From Eledone cirrhosa (lineage: Eukaryota): 64,000 bases of DNA. This document shows, piece by piece, positions 14,901 to 30,400 of this stretch (within the stretch, counting starts at the first letter, position 1; each line of letters opens with the position of its first letter). The translations under genes and the position numbers were made by a program. Below the pieces are notes generated by a model that saw only the letters and a program-made list of their open reading frames with translations, had not been told where the DNA came from and did no database searches. Location of the stretch: the NCBI GenBank assembly GCA_964016885.1, contig OZ024740.1, positions 2,356,001-2,420,000 of the forward strand. The letters run 5' to 3'.

Positions 14901-17900
14901 AGTATCCAGTCCGCACTATAAAGTGGTCATGAAGGTGTCACAATAAAAAGTACCCAATCCACACTATAAAGTGGTCATGTAGGTGTCACAATAACAAGTA
15001 CCCAGTCCACACTGTAAAGTGGTCATGTAGGTGTCACAATAACAAGTACCCAGCCCACACTATAAAGTGGTCATGTAGGTGTCACAATAAAAAGTACCCA
15101 GTCCACACTGTAAAGTGGTCATGTAGTTGTCACAATAAAAAGTATCCAGCCCACACTATAAAGTGGTCATGTAGGTGTCACAATAACAAGTACCCAGCCC
15201 ACACTGTAAAGTGGTCATGAAGGTGTCACAATAAAAAGTATCCAGCCCACACTATAAAGTTGTCATGTAGGTGTCACAATAAAAAGTATCCACCCCACAC
15301 TCTAAAGTGGTCATGTAGGTGTCACAATAAAAAGTATCCAGTCCACACTATAAAGTGGTCATGTAGGTGTCACAATAAAAAGTATCCAGTCCACACTGTA
15401 AAGTGGTCATGAAGGTGTCACAATAAAAAGTACCCAGTCCACTCTATAAAGTGGTCATGTAGGTGTCACAATAAAAAGTATCCAGTCCTCACTGTAAAGT
15501 GGTCATGTAGGTGTCACAATAAAAAGTACCCAGCCCACACTGTAAAGTGGTCATGTAGGTGTCACAATAACAAGTATCCAGCCCACACTGTAAAGTGGTC
15601 ATGTAGGTGTCACGATAAAAAGTATCCAGCCCACACTGTAAAATGGTCATGTAGGTGTCACAATAAAAAGTATCCAGCCCACACTGTAAAGTGGTCATGT
15701 AGGTGTCACAATAAAAAGTACCTGCTCCTCACTATAAAGTGGTCATGTAGGTGTCACAATAAAAAGTATCCAGCCCACACTGTAAAGTGGTCATGTAGGT
15801 GTCACAATAAAAAGTATCCAGTCCACACTGTAAAGTGGTCATGTAGGTGTCACAATAAAAAGTACCCTGCCCACACTGTAAAGTGGTCATGTAGGTGTCA
15901 CAATAAAAAGTACCTGTTCCTCACTATAAAGTGGTCATGTAGGTGTCACAATATAAAGTACCTGGTCCTCACTATAATGTGGTCATGTAGGTGTCACAAT
16001 AAAAAGTATCCAGTCCACACTGTAAAGTGGTCATATAGGTGTCACAATAAAAAGTATCCAGTCCACACTGTAAAGTGGTCATGTAGGTGTCACAATAAAA
16101 TGTACCCAGCTCACACTGTAAAGTGGTCATGTAGGTGTCACAATAAAAAGTACCTGGTCCTCACTATAAAGTGGTCATGTAGGTGTCACAATAAAAAGTA
16201 CCTGGTCCTCACTATAAAGTGGTCATGTAGGTGTCACAATAAAAAGTATCCAGTCCACACCGTAAAGTGGACATGTAGGTGTCCCAATAAAAATACACAG
16301 CCCACACTGTAAAGTGGTCATGTAGGTGTCACAATAAAAAGTATCCAGTCCACACTGTAAAGTGGTCATGTAGGTGTCACAATAAAAAGTACCCAGTCCA
16401 CACTGTAAAGTGGTAATGTAGGTGTCACAATAAAAAGTACCCAGTCCTCACTATAAAGTGGTCATGAAGGTGTCCAATAAAAAGTACCAAGTCCACACTA
16501 TAAAGTGGTCATGTAGGTGTCACAATAAAAAGTATCCAGTCCACACTATAAAGTGGTCATGAAGGTGTCACAATAAAAAGTACCCAGTCCACACTGTAAA
16601 TTGGTCATGTAGGTGTCACAATAAAAAGTACCTGGTCCTCACTATAAAGTGGTCATGTAGGTGTCACAATAAAAAGTACCCAGTCCACACTGTAAAGTGG
16701 TCATGTAGGTATCACAATAAAAAGTATCCAGCCCACACTGTAAAGTGGTCATGAAGGTGTCACAATAAAAAGTATCCAGCCCACACTATAAAGTGGTCAT
16801 GTAGGTGTCACAATAAAAAGTATCCAGCCCACACTATAAAGTGGTCATATAGGTGTCACAATAGAAAGTACCCAGCCCACACTATAAAGTGGTCATGTAG
16901 GTGTCACAATAAAAAGTATCCAGCCCACACTATAAAGTGGTCATGTAGGTGTCACGATAACAATTATCCAGCCCACACTGTAAAGTGGTCATGTAGGTGT
17001 CACAATAACAAGTACCCAGTCCACACTATAAAGTGGTAATGTAGGTGTCACAATAAAAAGTATCCAGTCCACACTGTAAAGTGGTCATGTAGGTGTCACA
17101 ATAAAAATATCCAGCCCACACTATAAAGTGGTCATGTAGGTGTCACAATAAAAAGTACCCAATCCACACTGTAAAGTGTCATGTAGGTGTCACAATAAAA
17201 AGTATCCAGTCCACACTGTAAAGTGGTCATGTAGGTGTCACAATAAAAAGTACCTGGTCCTCACTATAAAGTGGTCATGTAGGTGTCACAATAAAAAGTA
17301 CCTGGTCCTCACTATAAAGTGGTCATGTAGGTGTCACAATAAAAAGTATCCAGCCCACACTATAAAGTGGTCATGTAGGTGTCACAATAAAAAGTACCCA
17401 GTCCACACTGTAAAGTGGTCATGTAGGTGTCACAATAAAAAGTATCCAGTCCACACTGTAAAGTGGTCATGTAGGTGTCACAATAAAAAGTACCCAGCCC
17501 ACACTGTAAAGTGGTCATGTAGGTGTCACAATAAAAAGTACCTGGTCCTCACTATAAAGTGGTTATGTAGGTGTCACAATAAAAAGTACCTGGTCCTCAC
17601 TATAAAGTGGTCATGTAGGTGTCACAATAAAAAGTATCCAGTCAACACCGTAAAGTGGCCATGTAGGTGTCACAATAAAAAGTACCCAGCCCACACCGTA
17701 AAGTGGCCATGTAGGTGTCACGATAAAAAGTACCCAGCCCACACTGTAAAGTGGTCATGTAGGTGTCAAAATAAAAAGTACCTGGTCCTCACTATAAAGT
17801 GGTTATGTAGGTGTCACAATAAAAAGTATCCAGCCCACACTATAAAGTGGTCATGTAGGTGTCACAATAAAAAGTACCCAGTCCACACTGTAAAGTGGTC

Positions 17901-20900
17901 ATGTGGGTGTCACAATAACAAGTACCCAGTCCACACTGTAAAGTGGTAATGTAGGTGTCACAATAAAAAGTACCTGGTCCTCACTATAAAGTGGTCATGT
18001 AGGTGTCACAATAAAAAGTATCCAGCCCACACTGTAAAGTGGTCATGTAGGTGTCACAATAAAAAGTATCCAGTCCACACTGTAAAGTGGTCATGTAGGT
18101 GTCACAATAAAAAGTATCCAGTCCACACTGTAAAGTGGTCATGTAGGTGTCACAATAAAAAGTACCCAGCCCACACTGTAAAGTGGTCATGTAGGTGTCA
18201 CAATAAAAAGTACCTAGTCCACACTGTAAAGTGGTCATGTAGGTGTCACAATAAAAAGTATCCAGCCCACACTGTAAAGTGGTCATGTAGGTCTCACAAT
18301 AAAAAGTACCTGGTCCTCACTATAAAGTGGTCATGTAGGTGTCACAATAAAAAGTACCCAGCCCACACTGTAAAGTGGTCATGTAGGTGTCACAATAACA
18401 AGTATCCAGCCCACACTGTAAAGTGGCCATGTAGGTGTCACGATAAAAAGTATCCAGCCCACACTGTAAAATGGTCATGTAGGTGTCACAATAAAAAGTA
18501 TCCAGCCCACACTGTAAAGTGGTCATGTAGGTGTCACAATAAAAAGTACCTGGTCCTCACTATAAAGTGGTCATGTAGGTGTCACAATAAAAAGTATCCA
18601 GCCCACACTGTAAAGTGGTCATGTAGGTGTCACAATAAAAAGTATCCAGTCCACACTGTAAAGTGGTCATGTAGGTGTCACAATAAAAAGTACCCAGCCC
18701 ACACTGTAAAGTGGTCATGTAGGTGTCACAATAAAAAGTACCTGTTCCTCACTATAAAGTGGTCATGTAGGTGTCACAATATAAAGTACCTGGTCCTCAC
18801 TATAATGTGGTCATGTAGGTGTCACAATAAAAAGTATCCAGTCCACACTGTAAAGTGGTCATATAGGTGTCACAATAAAAAGTATCCAGTCCACACTGTA
18901 AAGTGGTCATGTAGGTGTCACAATAAAATGTACCCAGCTCACACTGTAAAGTGGTCATGTAGGTGTCACAATAAAAAGTAGCTGGTCCTCACTATAAAGT
19001 GGTCATGTAGGTGTCACAATAAAAAGTACCTGGTCCTCACTATAAAGTGGTCATGTAGGTGTCACAATATAAAGTACCTGGTCCTCACTATAATGTGGTC
19101 ATGTAGGTGTCACAATAAAAAGTATCCAGTCCACACTGTAAAGTGGTCATATAGGTGTCACAATAAAAAGTATCCAGTCCACACTGTAAAGTGGTCATGT
19201 AGGTGTCACAATAAAATGTACCCAGCTCACACTGTAAAGTGGTCATGTAGGTGTCACAATAAAAAGTACCTGGTCCTCACTATAAAGTGGTCATGTAGGT
19301 GTCACAATAAAAAGTACCTGGTCCTCACTATAAAGTGGTCATGTAGGTGTCACAATAAAAAGTACCCAGTCCACACTGTAAAGTGGTAATGTAGGTGTCA
19401 CAATAAAAAGTACCCAGTCCTCACTATAAAGTGGTCATGAAGGTGTCCAATAAAAAGTACCAAGTCCACACTATAAAGTGGTCATGTAGGTGTCACAATA
19501 AAAAGTATCCAGTCCACACTATAAAGTGGTCATGAAGGTGTCACAATAAAAAGTACCCAGTCCACACTGTAAATTGGTCATGTAGGTGTCACAATAAAAA
19601 GTACCTGGTCCTCACTATAAAGTGGTCATGTAGGTGTCACAATAAAAAGTACCCAGTCCACACTGTAAAGTGGTCATGTAGGTATCACAATAAAAAGTAT
19701 CCAGCCCACACTGTAAAGTGGTCATGAAGGTGTCACAATAAAAAGTATCCAGCCCACACTATAAAGTGGTCATGTAGGTGTCACAATAAAAAGTATCCAG
19801 CCCACACTATAAAGTGGTCATGTAGGTGTCACAATAAAAAGTATCCAGCCCACAGTATAAAGTGGTCATGTAGGTGTCACGATAACAATTATCCAGCCCA
19901 CACTGTAAAGTGGTCATGTAGGTGTCACAATAACAAGTACCCAGTCCACACTATAAAGTGGTAATGTAGGTGTCACAATAAAAAGTATCCAGTCCACACT
20001 GTAAAGTGGTCATGTAGGTGTCACAATAAAAATATCCAGCCCACACTATAAAGTGGTCATGTAGGTGTCACAATAAAAAGTACCCAATCCACACTGTAAA
20101 GTGGTCATGTAGGTGTCACAATAAAAAGTATCCAGTCCACACTGTAAAGTGGTCATGTAGGTGTCACAATAAAAAGTACCTGGTCCTCACTATAAAGTGG
20201 TCATGTAGGTGTCACAATAAAAAGTACCTGGTCCTCACTATAAAGTGGTCATGTAGGTGTCACAATAAAAAGTATCCAGCCCACACTATAAAGTGGTCAT
20301 GTAGGTGTCACAATAAAAAGTACCCAGTCCACACTGTAAAGTGGTCATGTAGGTGTCACAATAAAAAGTATCCAGTCCACACTGTAAAGTGGTCATGTAG
20401 GTGTCACAATAAAAAGTACCCAGCCCACACTGTAGAGTGGTCATGTAGGTGTCACAATAAAAAGTACCTGGTCCTCACTATAAAGTGGTTATGTAGGTGT
20501 CACAATAAAAAGTACCTGGTCCTCACTATAAAGTGGTCATGTAGGTGTCACAATAAAAAGTATCCAGTCAACACCGTAAAGTGGCCATGTAGGTGTCACA
20601 ATAAAAAGTACCCAGCCCACACCGTAAAGTGGCCATGTAGGTGTCACGATAAAAAGTACCCAGCCCACACTGTAAAGTGGTCATGTAGGTGTCACAATAA
20701 AAAGTACCCAGCCCACACTATAAAGTGGTTATGTAGGTGTCACAATAAAAAGTATCCAGCCCACACTATAAAGTGGTCATGTAGGTGTCACAATAAAAAG
20801 TACCCAGTCCACACTGTAAAGTGGTCATGTGGGTGTCACAATAACAAGTACCCAGTCCACACTGTAAAGTGGTAATGTAGGTGTCACAATAAAAAGTACC

Positions 20901-23900
20901 TGGTCCTCACTATAAAGTGGTCATGTAGGTGTCACAATAAAAAGTATCCAGCCCACACTGTAAAGTGGTCATGTAGGTGTCACAATAAAAAGTATCCAGT
21001 CCACACTGTAAAGTGGTCATGTAGGTGTCACAATAAAAAGTATCCAGTCCACACTGTAAAGTGGTCATGTAGGTGTCACAATAAAAAGTACCCAGCCCAC
21101 ACTGTAAAGTGGTCATGTAGGTGTCACAATAAAAAGTACCTAGTCCACACTGTAAAGTGGTCATGTAGGTGTCACAATAAAAAGTATCCAGCCCACACTG
21201 TAAAGTGGTCATGTAGGTGTCACAATAAAAAGTACCTGGTCCTCACTATAAAGTGGTCATGTAGGTGTCACAATAAAAAGTACCCAGCCCACACTGTAAA
21301 GTGGTCATGTAGGTGTCACAATAACAAGTATCCAGCCCACACTGTAAAGTGGCCATGTAGGTGTCACGATAAAAAGTATCCAGCCCACACTGTAAAATGG
21401 TCATGTAGGTGTCACAATAAAAAGTATCCAGCCCACACTGTAAAGTGGTCATGTAGGTGTCACAATAAAAAGTACCTGGTCCTCACTATAAAGTGGTCAT
21501 GTAGGTGTCACAATAAAAAGTATCCAGCCCACACTGTAAAGTGGTCATGTAGGTGTCACAATAAAAAGTATCCAGTCCACACTGTAAAGTGGTCATGTAG
21601 GTGTCACAATAAAAAGTACCCAGCCCACACTGTAAAGTGGTCATGTAGGTGTCACAATAAAAAGTACCTGTTCCTCACTATAAAGTGGTCATGTAGGTGT
21701 CACAATATAAAGTACCTGGTCCTCACTATAATGTGGTCATGTAGGTGTCACAATAAAAAGTATCCAGTCCACACTGTAAAGTGGTCATATAGGTGTCACA
21801 ATAAAAAGTATCCAGTCCACACTGTAAAGTGGTCATGTAGGTGTCACAATAAAATGTACCCAGCTCACACTGTAAAGTGGTCATGTAGGTGTCACAATAA
21901 AAAGTAGCTGGTCCTCACTATAAAGTGGTCATGTAGGTGTCACAATAAAAAGTACCTGGTCCTCACTATAAAGTGGTCATGTAGGTGTCACAATAAAAAG
22001 TATCCAGTCCACACCGTAAAGTGGACATGTAGGTGTCCCAATAAAAAGTACCCAGCCCACACTGTAAAGTGGTCATGTAGGTGTCACAATAAAAAGTATC
22101 CAGTCCACACTGTAAAGTGGTCATGTAGGTGTCACAATAAAAAGTATCCAGTCCACACTGTAAAGTGGTCATGTAGGTGTCACAATAAAAAGTACCCAGT
22201 CCACACTGTAAAGTGGTAATGTAGGTGTCACAATAAAAAGTACCCAGTCCTCACTATAAAGTGGTCATGAAGGTGTCCAATAAAAAGTACCAAGTCCACA
22301 CTATAAAGTGGTCATGTAGGTGTCACAATAAAAAGTATCCAGTCCACACTATAAAGTGGTCATGAAGGTGTCACAATAAAAAGTACCCAGTCCACACTGT
22401 AAATTGGTCATGTAGGTGTCACAATAAAAAGTACCTGGTCCTCACTATAAAGTGGTCATGTAGGTGTCACAATAAAAAGTACCAAGTCCACACTGTAAAG
22501 TGGTCATGTAGGTGTCACAATAAAAAGTATCCAGCCCACACTGTAAAGTGGTCATGAAGGTGTCACAATAAAATGTATCCAGCCCACACTATAAAGTGGT
22601 CATGTAGGTGTCACAATAAAAAGTATCCAGCCCACACTATAAAGTGGTCATATAGGTGTCACAATAGAAAGTACCCAGCCCACACTATAAAGTGGTCATG
22701 TAGGTGTCACAATAAAAAGTATCCAGCCCACACTATAAAGTGGTCATGTAGGTGTCACGATAACAATTATCCAGCCCACACTGTAAAGTGGTCATGTAGG
22801 TGTCACAATAACAAGTACCCAGTCCACACTATAAAGTGGTCATGTAGGTGTCACAATAAAAAGTATCCAGTCCACACTGTAAAGTGGTCATGTAGGTGTC
22901 ACAATAAAAATATCCAGCCCACACTATAAAGTGGTCATGTAGGTGTCACAATAAAAAGTACCCAATCCACACTGTAAAGTGGTCATGTAGGTGTCACAAT
23001 AAAAAGTATCCAGTCCACACTGTAAAGTGGTCATGTAGGTGTCACAATAAAAAGTACCTGGTCCTCACTATAAAGTGGTCATGTAGGTGTCACAATAAAA
23101 AGTACCTGGTCCTCACTATAAAGTGGTCATGTAGGTGTCACAATAAAAAGTATCCAGCCCACACTATAAAGTGGTCATGTAGGTGTCACAATAAAAAGTA
23201 CCCAGTCCACACTGTAAAGTGGTCATGTAGGTGTCACAATAAAAAGTATCCAGTCCACACTGTAAAGTGGTCATGTAGGTGTCACAATAAAAAGTACCCA
23301 GCCCACACTGTAAAGTGGTCATGTAGGTGTCACAATAAAAATTACCTGGTCCTCACTATAAAGTGGTTATGTAGGTGTCACAATAAAAAGTACCTGGTCC
23401 TCACTATAAAGTGGTCATGTAGGTGTCACAATAAAAAGTATCCAGTCAACACCGTAAAGTGGCCATGTAGGTGTCACAATAAAAAGTACCCAGCCCACAC
23501 CGTAAAGTGGCCATGTAGGTGTCACGATAAAAAGTACCCAGCCCACACTGTAAAGTGGTCATGTAGGTGTCACAATAAAAAGTATCCAGCCCACACTATA
23601 AAGTGGTCATGTAGGTGTCACAATAAAAAGTACCCAGTCCACACTGTAAAGTGGTCATGTGGGTGTCACAATAACAAGTACCCAGTCCACACTGTAAAGT
23701 GGTAATGTAGGTGTCACAATAAAAAGTACCTGGTCCTCACTATAAAGTGGTCATGTAGGTGTCACAATAACAAGTATCCAGCCCACACTGTAAAGTGGTC
23801 ATGTAGGTGTCATAATAAAAAGTACCTAGTCCACACTGTAAAGTGGTCATGTAGGTGTCACAATAAAAAGTATCCAGCCCACACTGTAAAGTGGTCATGT

Positions 23901-26900
23901 AGGTGTCACAATAAAAAGTATCCAGCCCACACTGTAAAGTGGTCATGTAGGTGTCACAATAAAAAGTACCTGGTCCTCACTATAAAGTGGTCATGTAGGT
24001 GTCACAATAAAAAGTACCCAGCCCACACTGTAAAGTGGTCATGTATGTGTCACAATAACAAGTATCCAACCCACACTGTAAAGTGGCCATGTAGGTGTCA
24101 CGATAAAAAGTATCCAGCCCACACTGTAAAATGGTCATGTAGGTGCCACAATAAAAAGTATCCAGCCCACACTGTAAAGTGGTCATGTAGGTGTCACAAT
24201 AAAAAGTACCTGGTCCTCACTATAAAGTGGTCATGTAGGTGTCACAATAAAAAGTATCCAGCCCACACTGTAAAGTGGTCATGTAGGTGTCACAATAAAA
24301 AGTATCCAGTCCACACTGTAAAGTGGTCATGTAGGTGTCACAATAAAAAGTACCCAGCCCACACTGTAAAGTGGTCATGTAGGTGTCACAATAAAAAGTA
24401 CCTGTTCCTCACTATAAAGTGGTCATGTAGGTGTCACAATATAAAGTACCTGGTCCTCACTATAATGTGGTCATGTAGGTGTCACAATAAAAAGTATCCA
24501 GTCCACACTGTAAAGTGGTCATATAGGTGTCACAATAAAAAGTATCCAGTCCACACTGTAAAGTGGTCATGTAGGTGTCACAATAAAATGTACCCAGCTC
24601 ACACTGTAAAGTGGTCATGTAGGTGTCACAATAAAAAGTAGCTGGTCCTCACTATAAAGTGGTCATGTAGGTGTCACAATAAAAAGTACCTGGTCCTCAC
24701 TATAAAGTGGTCATGTAGGTGTCACAATAAAAAGTATCCAGTCCACACCGTAAAGTGGACATGTAGGTGTCCCAATAAAAAGTACCCAGCCCACACTGTA
24801 AAGTGGTCATGTAGGTGTCACAATAAAAAGTATCCAGTCCACACTGTAAAGTGGTCATGTAGGTGTCACAATAAAAAGTACCCAGTCCACACTGTAAAGT
24901 GGTAATGTAGGTGTCACAATAAAAAGTACCCAGTCCTCACTATAAAGTGGTCATGAAGGTGTCCAATAAAAAGTACCAAGTCCACACTATAAAGTGGTCA
25001 TGTAGGTGTCACAATAAAAAGTATCCAGTCCACACTATAAAGTGGTCATGAAGGTGTCACAATAAAAAGTACCCAGTCCACACTGTAAATTGGTCATGTA
25101 GGTGTCACAATAAAAAGTACCTGGTCCTCACTATAAAGTGGTCATGTAGGTGTCACAATAAAAAGTACCAAGTCCACACTGTAAAGTGGTCATGTAGGTG
25201 TCACAATAAAAAGTATCCAGCCCACACTGTAAAGTGGTCATGAAGGTGTCACAATAAAAAGTATCCAGCCCACACTATAAAGTGGTCATGTAGGTGTCAC
25301 AATAAAAAGTATCCAGCCCACACTATAAAGTGGTCATATAGGTGTCACAATAGAAAGTACCCAGCCCACACTATAAAGTGGTCATGTAGGTGTCACAATA
25401 AAAAGTATCCAGCCCACACTATAAAGTGGTCATGTAGGTGTCACGATAACAATTATCCAGCCCACACTGTAAAGTGGTCATGTAGGTGTCACAATAACAA
25501 GTACCCAGTCCACACTATAAAGTGGTCATGTAGGTGTCACAATAAAAAGTATCCAGTCCACACTGTAAAGTGGTCATGTAGGTGTCACAATAAAAATATC
25601 CAGCCCACACTATAAAGTGGTCATGTAGGTGTCACAATAAAAAGTACCCAATCCACACTGTAAAGTGGTCATGTAGGTGTCACAATAAAAAGTATCCAGT
25701 CCACACTGTAAAGTGGTCATGTAGGTGTCACAATAAAAAGTACCTGGTCCTCACTATAAAGTGGTCATGTAGGTGTCACAATAAAAAGTACCTGGTCCTC
25801 ACTATAAAGTGGTCATGTAGGTGTCACAATAAAAAGTATCCAGCCCACACTATAAAGTGGTCATGTAGGTGTCACAATAAAAAGTACCCAGTCCACACTG
25901 TAAAGTGGTCATGTAGGTGTCACAATAAAAAGTATCCAGTCCACACTGTAAAGTGGTCATGTAGGTGTCACAATAAAAAGTACCCAGCCCACACTGTAAA
26001 GTGGTCATGTAGGTGTCACAATAAAAAGTACCTGGTCCTCACTATAAAGTGGTTATGTAGGTGTCACAATAAAAAGTACCTGGTCCTCACTATAAAGTGG
26101 TCATGTAGGTGTCACAATAAAAAGTATCCAGTCAACACCGTAAAGTGGCCATGTAGGTGTCACAATAAAAAGTACCCAGCCCACACCGTAAAGTGGCCAT
26201 GTAGGTGTCACGATAAAAAGTACCCAGCCCACACTGTAAAGTGGTCATGTAGGTGTCAAAATAAAAAGTACCTGGTCCTCACTATAAAGTGGTTATGTAG
26301 GTGTCACAATAAAAAGTATCCAGCCCACACTATAAAGTGGTCATGTAGGTGTCACAATAAAAAGTACCCAGTCCACACTGTAAAGTGGTCATGTGGGTGT
26401 CACAATAACAAGTACCCAGTCCACACTGTAAAGTGGTAATGTAGGTGTCACAATAAAAAGTACCTGGTCCTCACTATAAAGTGGTCATGTAGGTGTCACA
26501 ATAACAAGTATCCAGCCCACACTGTAAAGTGGTCATGTAGGTGTCATAATAAAAAGTACCTAGTCCACACTGTAAAGTGGTCATGTAGGTGTCACAATAA
26601 AAAGTATCCAGCCCACACTGTAAAGTGGTCATGTAGGTGTCACAATAAAAAGCACCTGGTCCTCACTATAAAGTGGTCATGTAGGTGTCACAATAAAAAG
26701 TATCCAGCCCACACAGTAAAGTGGTCATGTAGGTGTCACAATAAAAAGTATCCAGTCCACACTGTAAAGTGGTCATGTAGGTGTCACAATAAAAAGTACC
26801 CAGCCCACACTGTAAAGTGGTCATGTAGGTGTCACAATAAAAAGTACCTGTTCCTCACTATAAAGTGGTCATGTAGGTGTCACAATATAAAGTACCTGGT

Positions 26901-27400
26901 CCTCACTATAATGTGGTCATGTAGGTGTCACAATAAAAAGTATCCAGTCCACACTGTAAAGTGGTCATATAGGTGTCACAATAAAAAGTATCCAGTCCAC
27001 ACTGTAAAGTGGTCATGTAGGTGTCACAATAAAATGTACCCAGCTCACACTGTAAAGTGGTCATGTAGGTGTCACAATAAAAAGTACCTGGTCCTCACTA
27101 TAAAGTGGTCATATAGGTGTCACAATAAAAAGTACCTGGTCCTCACTATAAAGTGGTCATGTAGGTGTCACAATAAAAAGTATCCAGTCCACACCGTAAA
27201 GTGGACATGTAGGTGTCCCAATAAAAAGTACCCAGCCCACACTGTAAAGTGGTCATGTAGGTGTCACAATAAAAAGTATCCAGTCCACACTGTAAAGTGG
27301 TCATGTAGGTGTCACAATAAAAAGTATCCAGTCCACACTGTAAAGTGGTCATGTAGGTGTCACAATAAAAAGTACCCAGTCCACACTGTAAAGTGGTAAT
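12000..27400. repeat. Degenerate higher-order repeat series, ~2.5-3.0 kb (52-62 monomers) per unit
   Basis: Spacings between successive GTGTCCAAT markers are 2830, 2494, 2973, 2830 and 2686 bp. ORF pairs are offset by 5371 (12613/17984), 2926 (17984/20910) and 2734 (21246/23980). Confidence 0.85.
18770..19350. repeat. Local 288-bp (6 monomer) tandem duplication
   Basis: The variant string AATATAAAG, TATAATGTGG, CATATAGG, AAAATGTACCCAGCTC starts at ~18778 and again at ~19066. Confidence 0.85.
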
Positions 27401-30400
27401 GTAGGTGTCACAATAAAAAGTAACCAATCCACACTATAAAGTGGTCATGTAGGTGTCACAATAACAAGTACCCAGTCCACACTGTAAAGTGGTCATGTAG
27501 GTGTCACAATAACAAGTACCCAGCCCACACTATAAAGTGGTCATGTAGGTGTCACAATAAAAAGTACCCAGTCCACACTGTAAAGTGGTCATGTAGTTGT
27601 CACAATAAAAAGTATCCAGCCCACACTATAAAGTGGTCATGTAGGTGTCACAATAACAAGTACCCAGCCCACACTGTAAAGTGGTCATGAAGGTGTCACA
27701 ATAAAAAGTATCCAGCCCACACTATAAAGTGGTCATGTAGGTGTCACAATAAAAAGTATCCACCCCACACTCTAAAGTGGTCATGTAGGTGTCACAATAA
27801 AAAGTATCCAGTCCACACTATAAAGTGGTCATGTAGGTGTCACAATAAAAAGTATCCAGTCCACACTGTAAAGTGGTCATGAAGGTGTCACAATAAAAAG
27901 TACCCAGTCCACACTATAAAGTGGTCATGTAGGTGTCACAATAAAAAGTATCCAGTCCACACTGTAAAGTGGTCATGTAGGTGTCACAATAACAAGTATA
28001 CAGTCAACACTGTAAAGTGGTCATGTAGGTGTCACAATAAAAAGTATCCAGTCCACACTATAAAGTGGTCATGAAGGTGTCACATTAAAAAGTACCCAGT
28101 CCACACTATAAAGTGGTCATGTAGGTGTCACAATAACAAGTACCCAGTCCACACTGTAAAGTGGTCATGTAGGTGTCACAATAACAAGTACCCAGCCCAC
28201 GCTATAAAGTGGTCATGTAGGTGTCACAATAACAAGTACCCAGTCCACACTGTAAAGTGGTCATGTAGGTGTCACAATAAAAAGTATCCAGTCCACACTG
28301 TAAAGTGGTCATGTAGGTGTCACAATAAAAAGTACCCAGCCCAGACTGTAAAGTGGTCATGTAGGTGTCACAATAAAAAGTACCTGGTCCTCACTATAAA
28401 GTGGTTATGTAGGTGTCACAATAAAAAGTACCTGGTCCTCACTATAAAGTGGTCATGTAGGTGTCACAATAAAAAGTATCCAGTCAACACCGTAAAGTGG
28501 CCATGTAGGTGTCACAATAAAAAGTACCCAGCCCACACCGTAAAGTGGCCATGTAGGTGTCACGATAAAAAGTACCCAGCCCACACTGTAAAGTGGTCAT
28601 GTAGGTGTCAAAATAAAAAGTACCTGGTCCTCACTATAAAGTGGTTATGTAGGTGTCACAATAAAAAGTATCCAGCCCACACTATAAAGTGGTCATGTAG
28701 GTGTCACAATAAAAAGTACCCAGTCCACACTGTAAAGTGGTCATGTGGGTGTCACAATAACAAGTACCCAGTCCACACTGTAAAGTGGTAATGTAGGTGT
28801 CACAATAAAAAGTACCTGGTCCTCACTATAAAGTGGTCATGTAGGTGTCACAATAACAAGTATCCAGCCCACACTGTAAAGTGGTCATGTAGGTGTCACA
28901 ATAAAAAGTACCTAGTCCACACTGTAAAGTGGTCATGTAGGTGTCACAATAAAAAGTATCCAGTCCACACTGTAAAGTGGTCATGTAGGTGTCACAATAT
29001 AATGTACCCAGTCCACACTGTAAAGTGGTCATGTAGGTGTCACAATAAAAAGTACCTGGTCCTCACTATAAAGTGGTCATGTAGGTGTCACAATAAAAAG
29101 TACCCAGTCCACACTGTAAAGTGGTCATGTAGGTGTCACAATAACAAGTACCCAGTCCACACTGTAAAGTGGTCATGTATGTGTCACAAAAAAAAGTACC
29201 CAGTCCACACTATAAAGTGGTCATGTAGGTGTCACAATAAAAAGTATCCAGTCCACACTATAAAGTGGTCATGAAGGTGTCACAATAAAAAGTACCCAGT
29301 CCACACTGTAAAGTGGTCATGTAGGTTCCACAATAATCAGTACCTGGTCCTCACTATAAAGTGGTCATGTAGGTGTCACAATAAAAATATCCAGTCCACA
29401 CTGTAAAGTGGTCATGTAGGTGTCACAATAAAAAGTAGCTGGTCCTCACTATAAAGTGGTCATGTAGGTGTCACAATAAAAAGTACCCAGTCCTCACTAT
29501 AAAGTGGTCATGAAGGTGTCACAATAAAAAGTACCCAGTCCACACTATAAAGTGGTCATGTAGGTGTCACAATAAATAGTATCCAGTCCACACTATAAAG
29601 TGGTCATGAAGGTGTCACAATAAAAAGTACCCAGTCCACACTGTAAAGTGGTCATGTAGGTGTCACAATAAAAAGTACCTGCTCCTCACTATAAAGTGGT
29701 CATGTAGGTGTCACAATAAAAAGTACCCAGTCAACACTGTAAAGTGGTCATGTAGGTGTCACAATAACAAGTATACAGTCAACACTATAAAGTGGTCATG
29801 TAGGTGTCACAATAAAAAGTATCCAGTCCACACTGTAAAGTGGTCATGTAGGTGTCAGAATAAAAAGTACCCAGTCCACACTGTAAGCTGGTCAAGTAGG
29901 TGTCACAATAAAAAGTACCTGGTCCTCACTATAAAGTGGTCATGTAGGTGTCACAATAAAAAGTACCCAGTCCACACTGTAAAGTGGTCATGTAGGTGTC
30001 ACAATAAAAAGTACCCAGTCCACACTGTAAAGTGGTCATGTAGGTGTCACAATAACAAGTATGCAGTCAACACTGTAAAGTGGTCATGTAGGTGTCACAA
30101 TAAAAAGTATCCAGTCCGCACTATAAAGTGGTCATGAAGGTGTCACAATAAAAAGTACCCAATCCACACTATAAAGTGGTCATGTAGGTGTCACAATAAC
30201 AAGTACCCAGTCCACACTGTAAAGTGGTCATGTAGGTGTCACAATAACAAGTACCCAGCCCACACTATAAAGTGGTCATGTAGGTGTCACAATAAAAAGT
30301 ACCCAGTCCACACTGTAAAGTGGTCATGTAGTTGTCACAATAAAAAGTATCCAGCCCACACTATAAAGTGGTCATGTAGGTGTCACAATAACATGTACCC

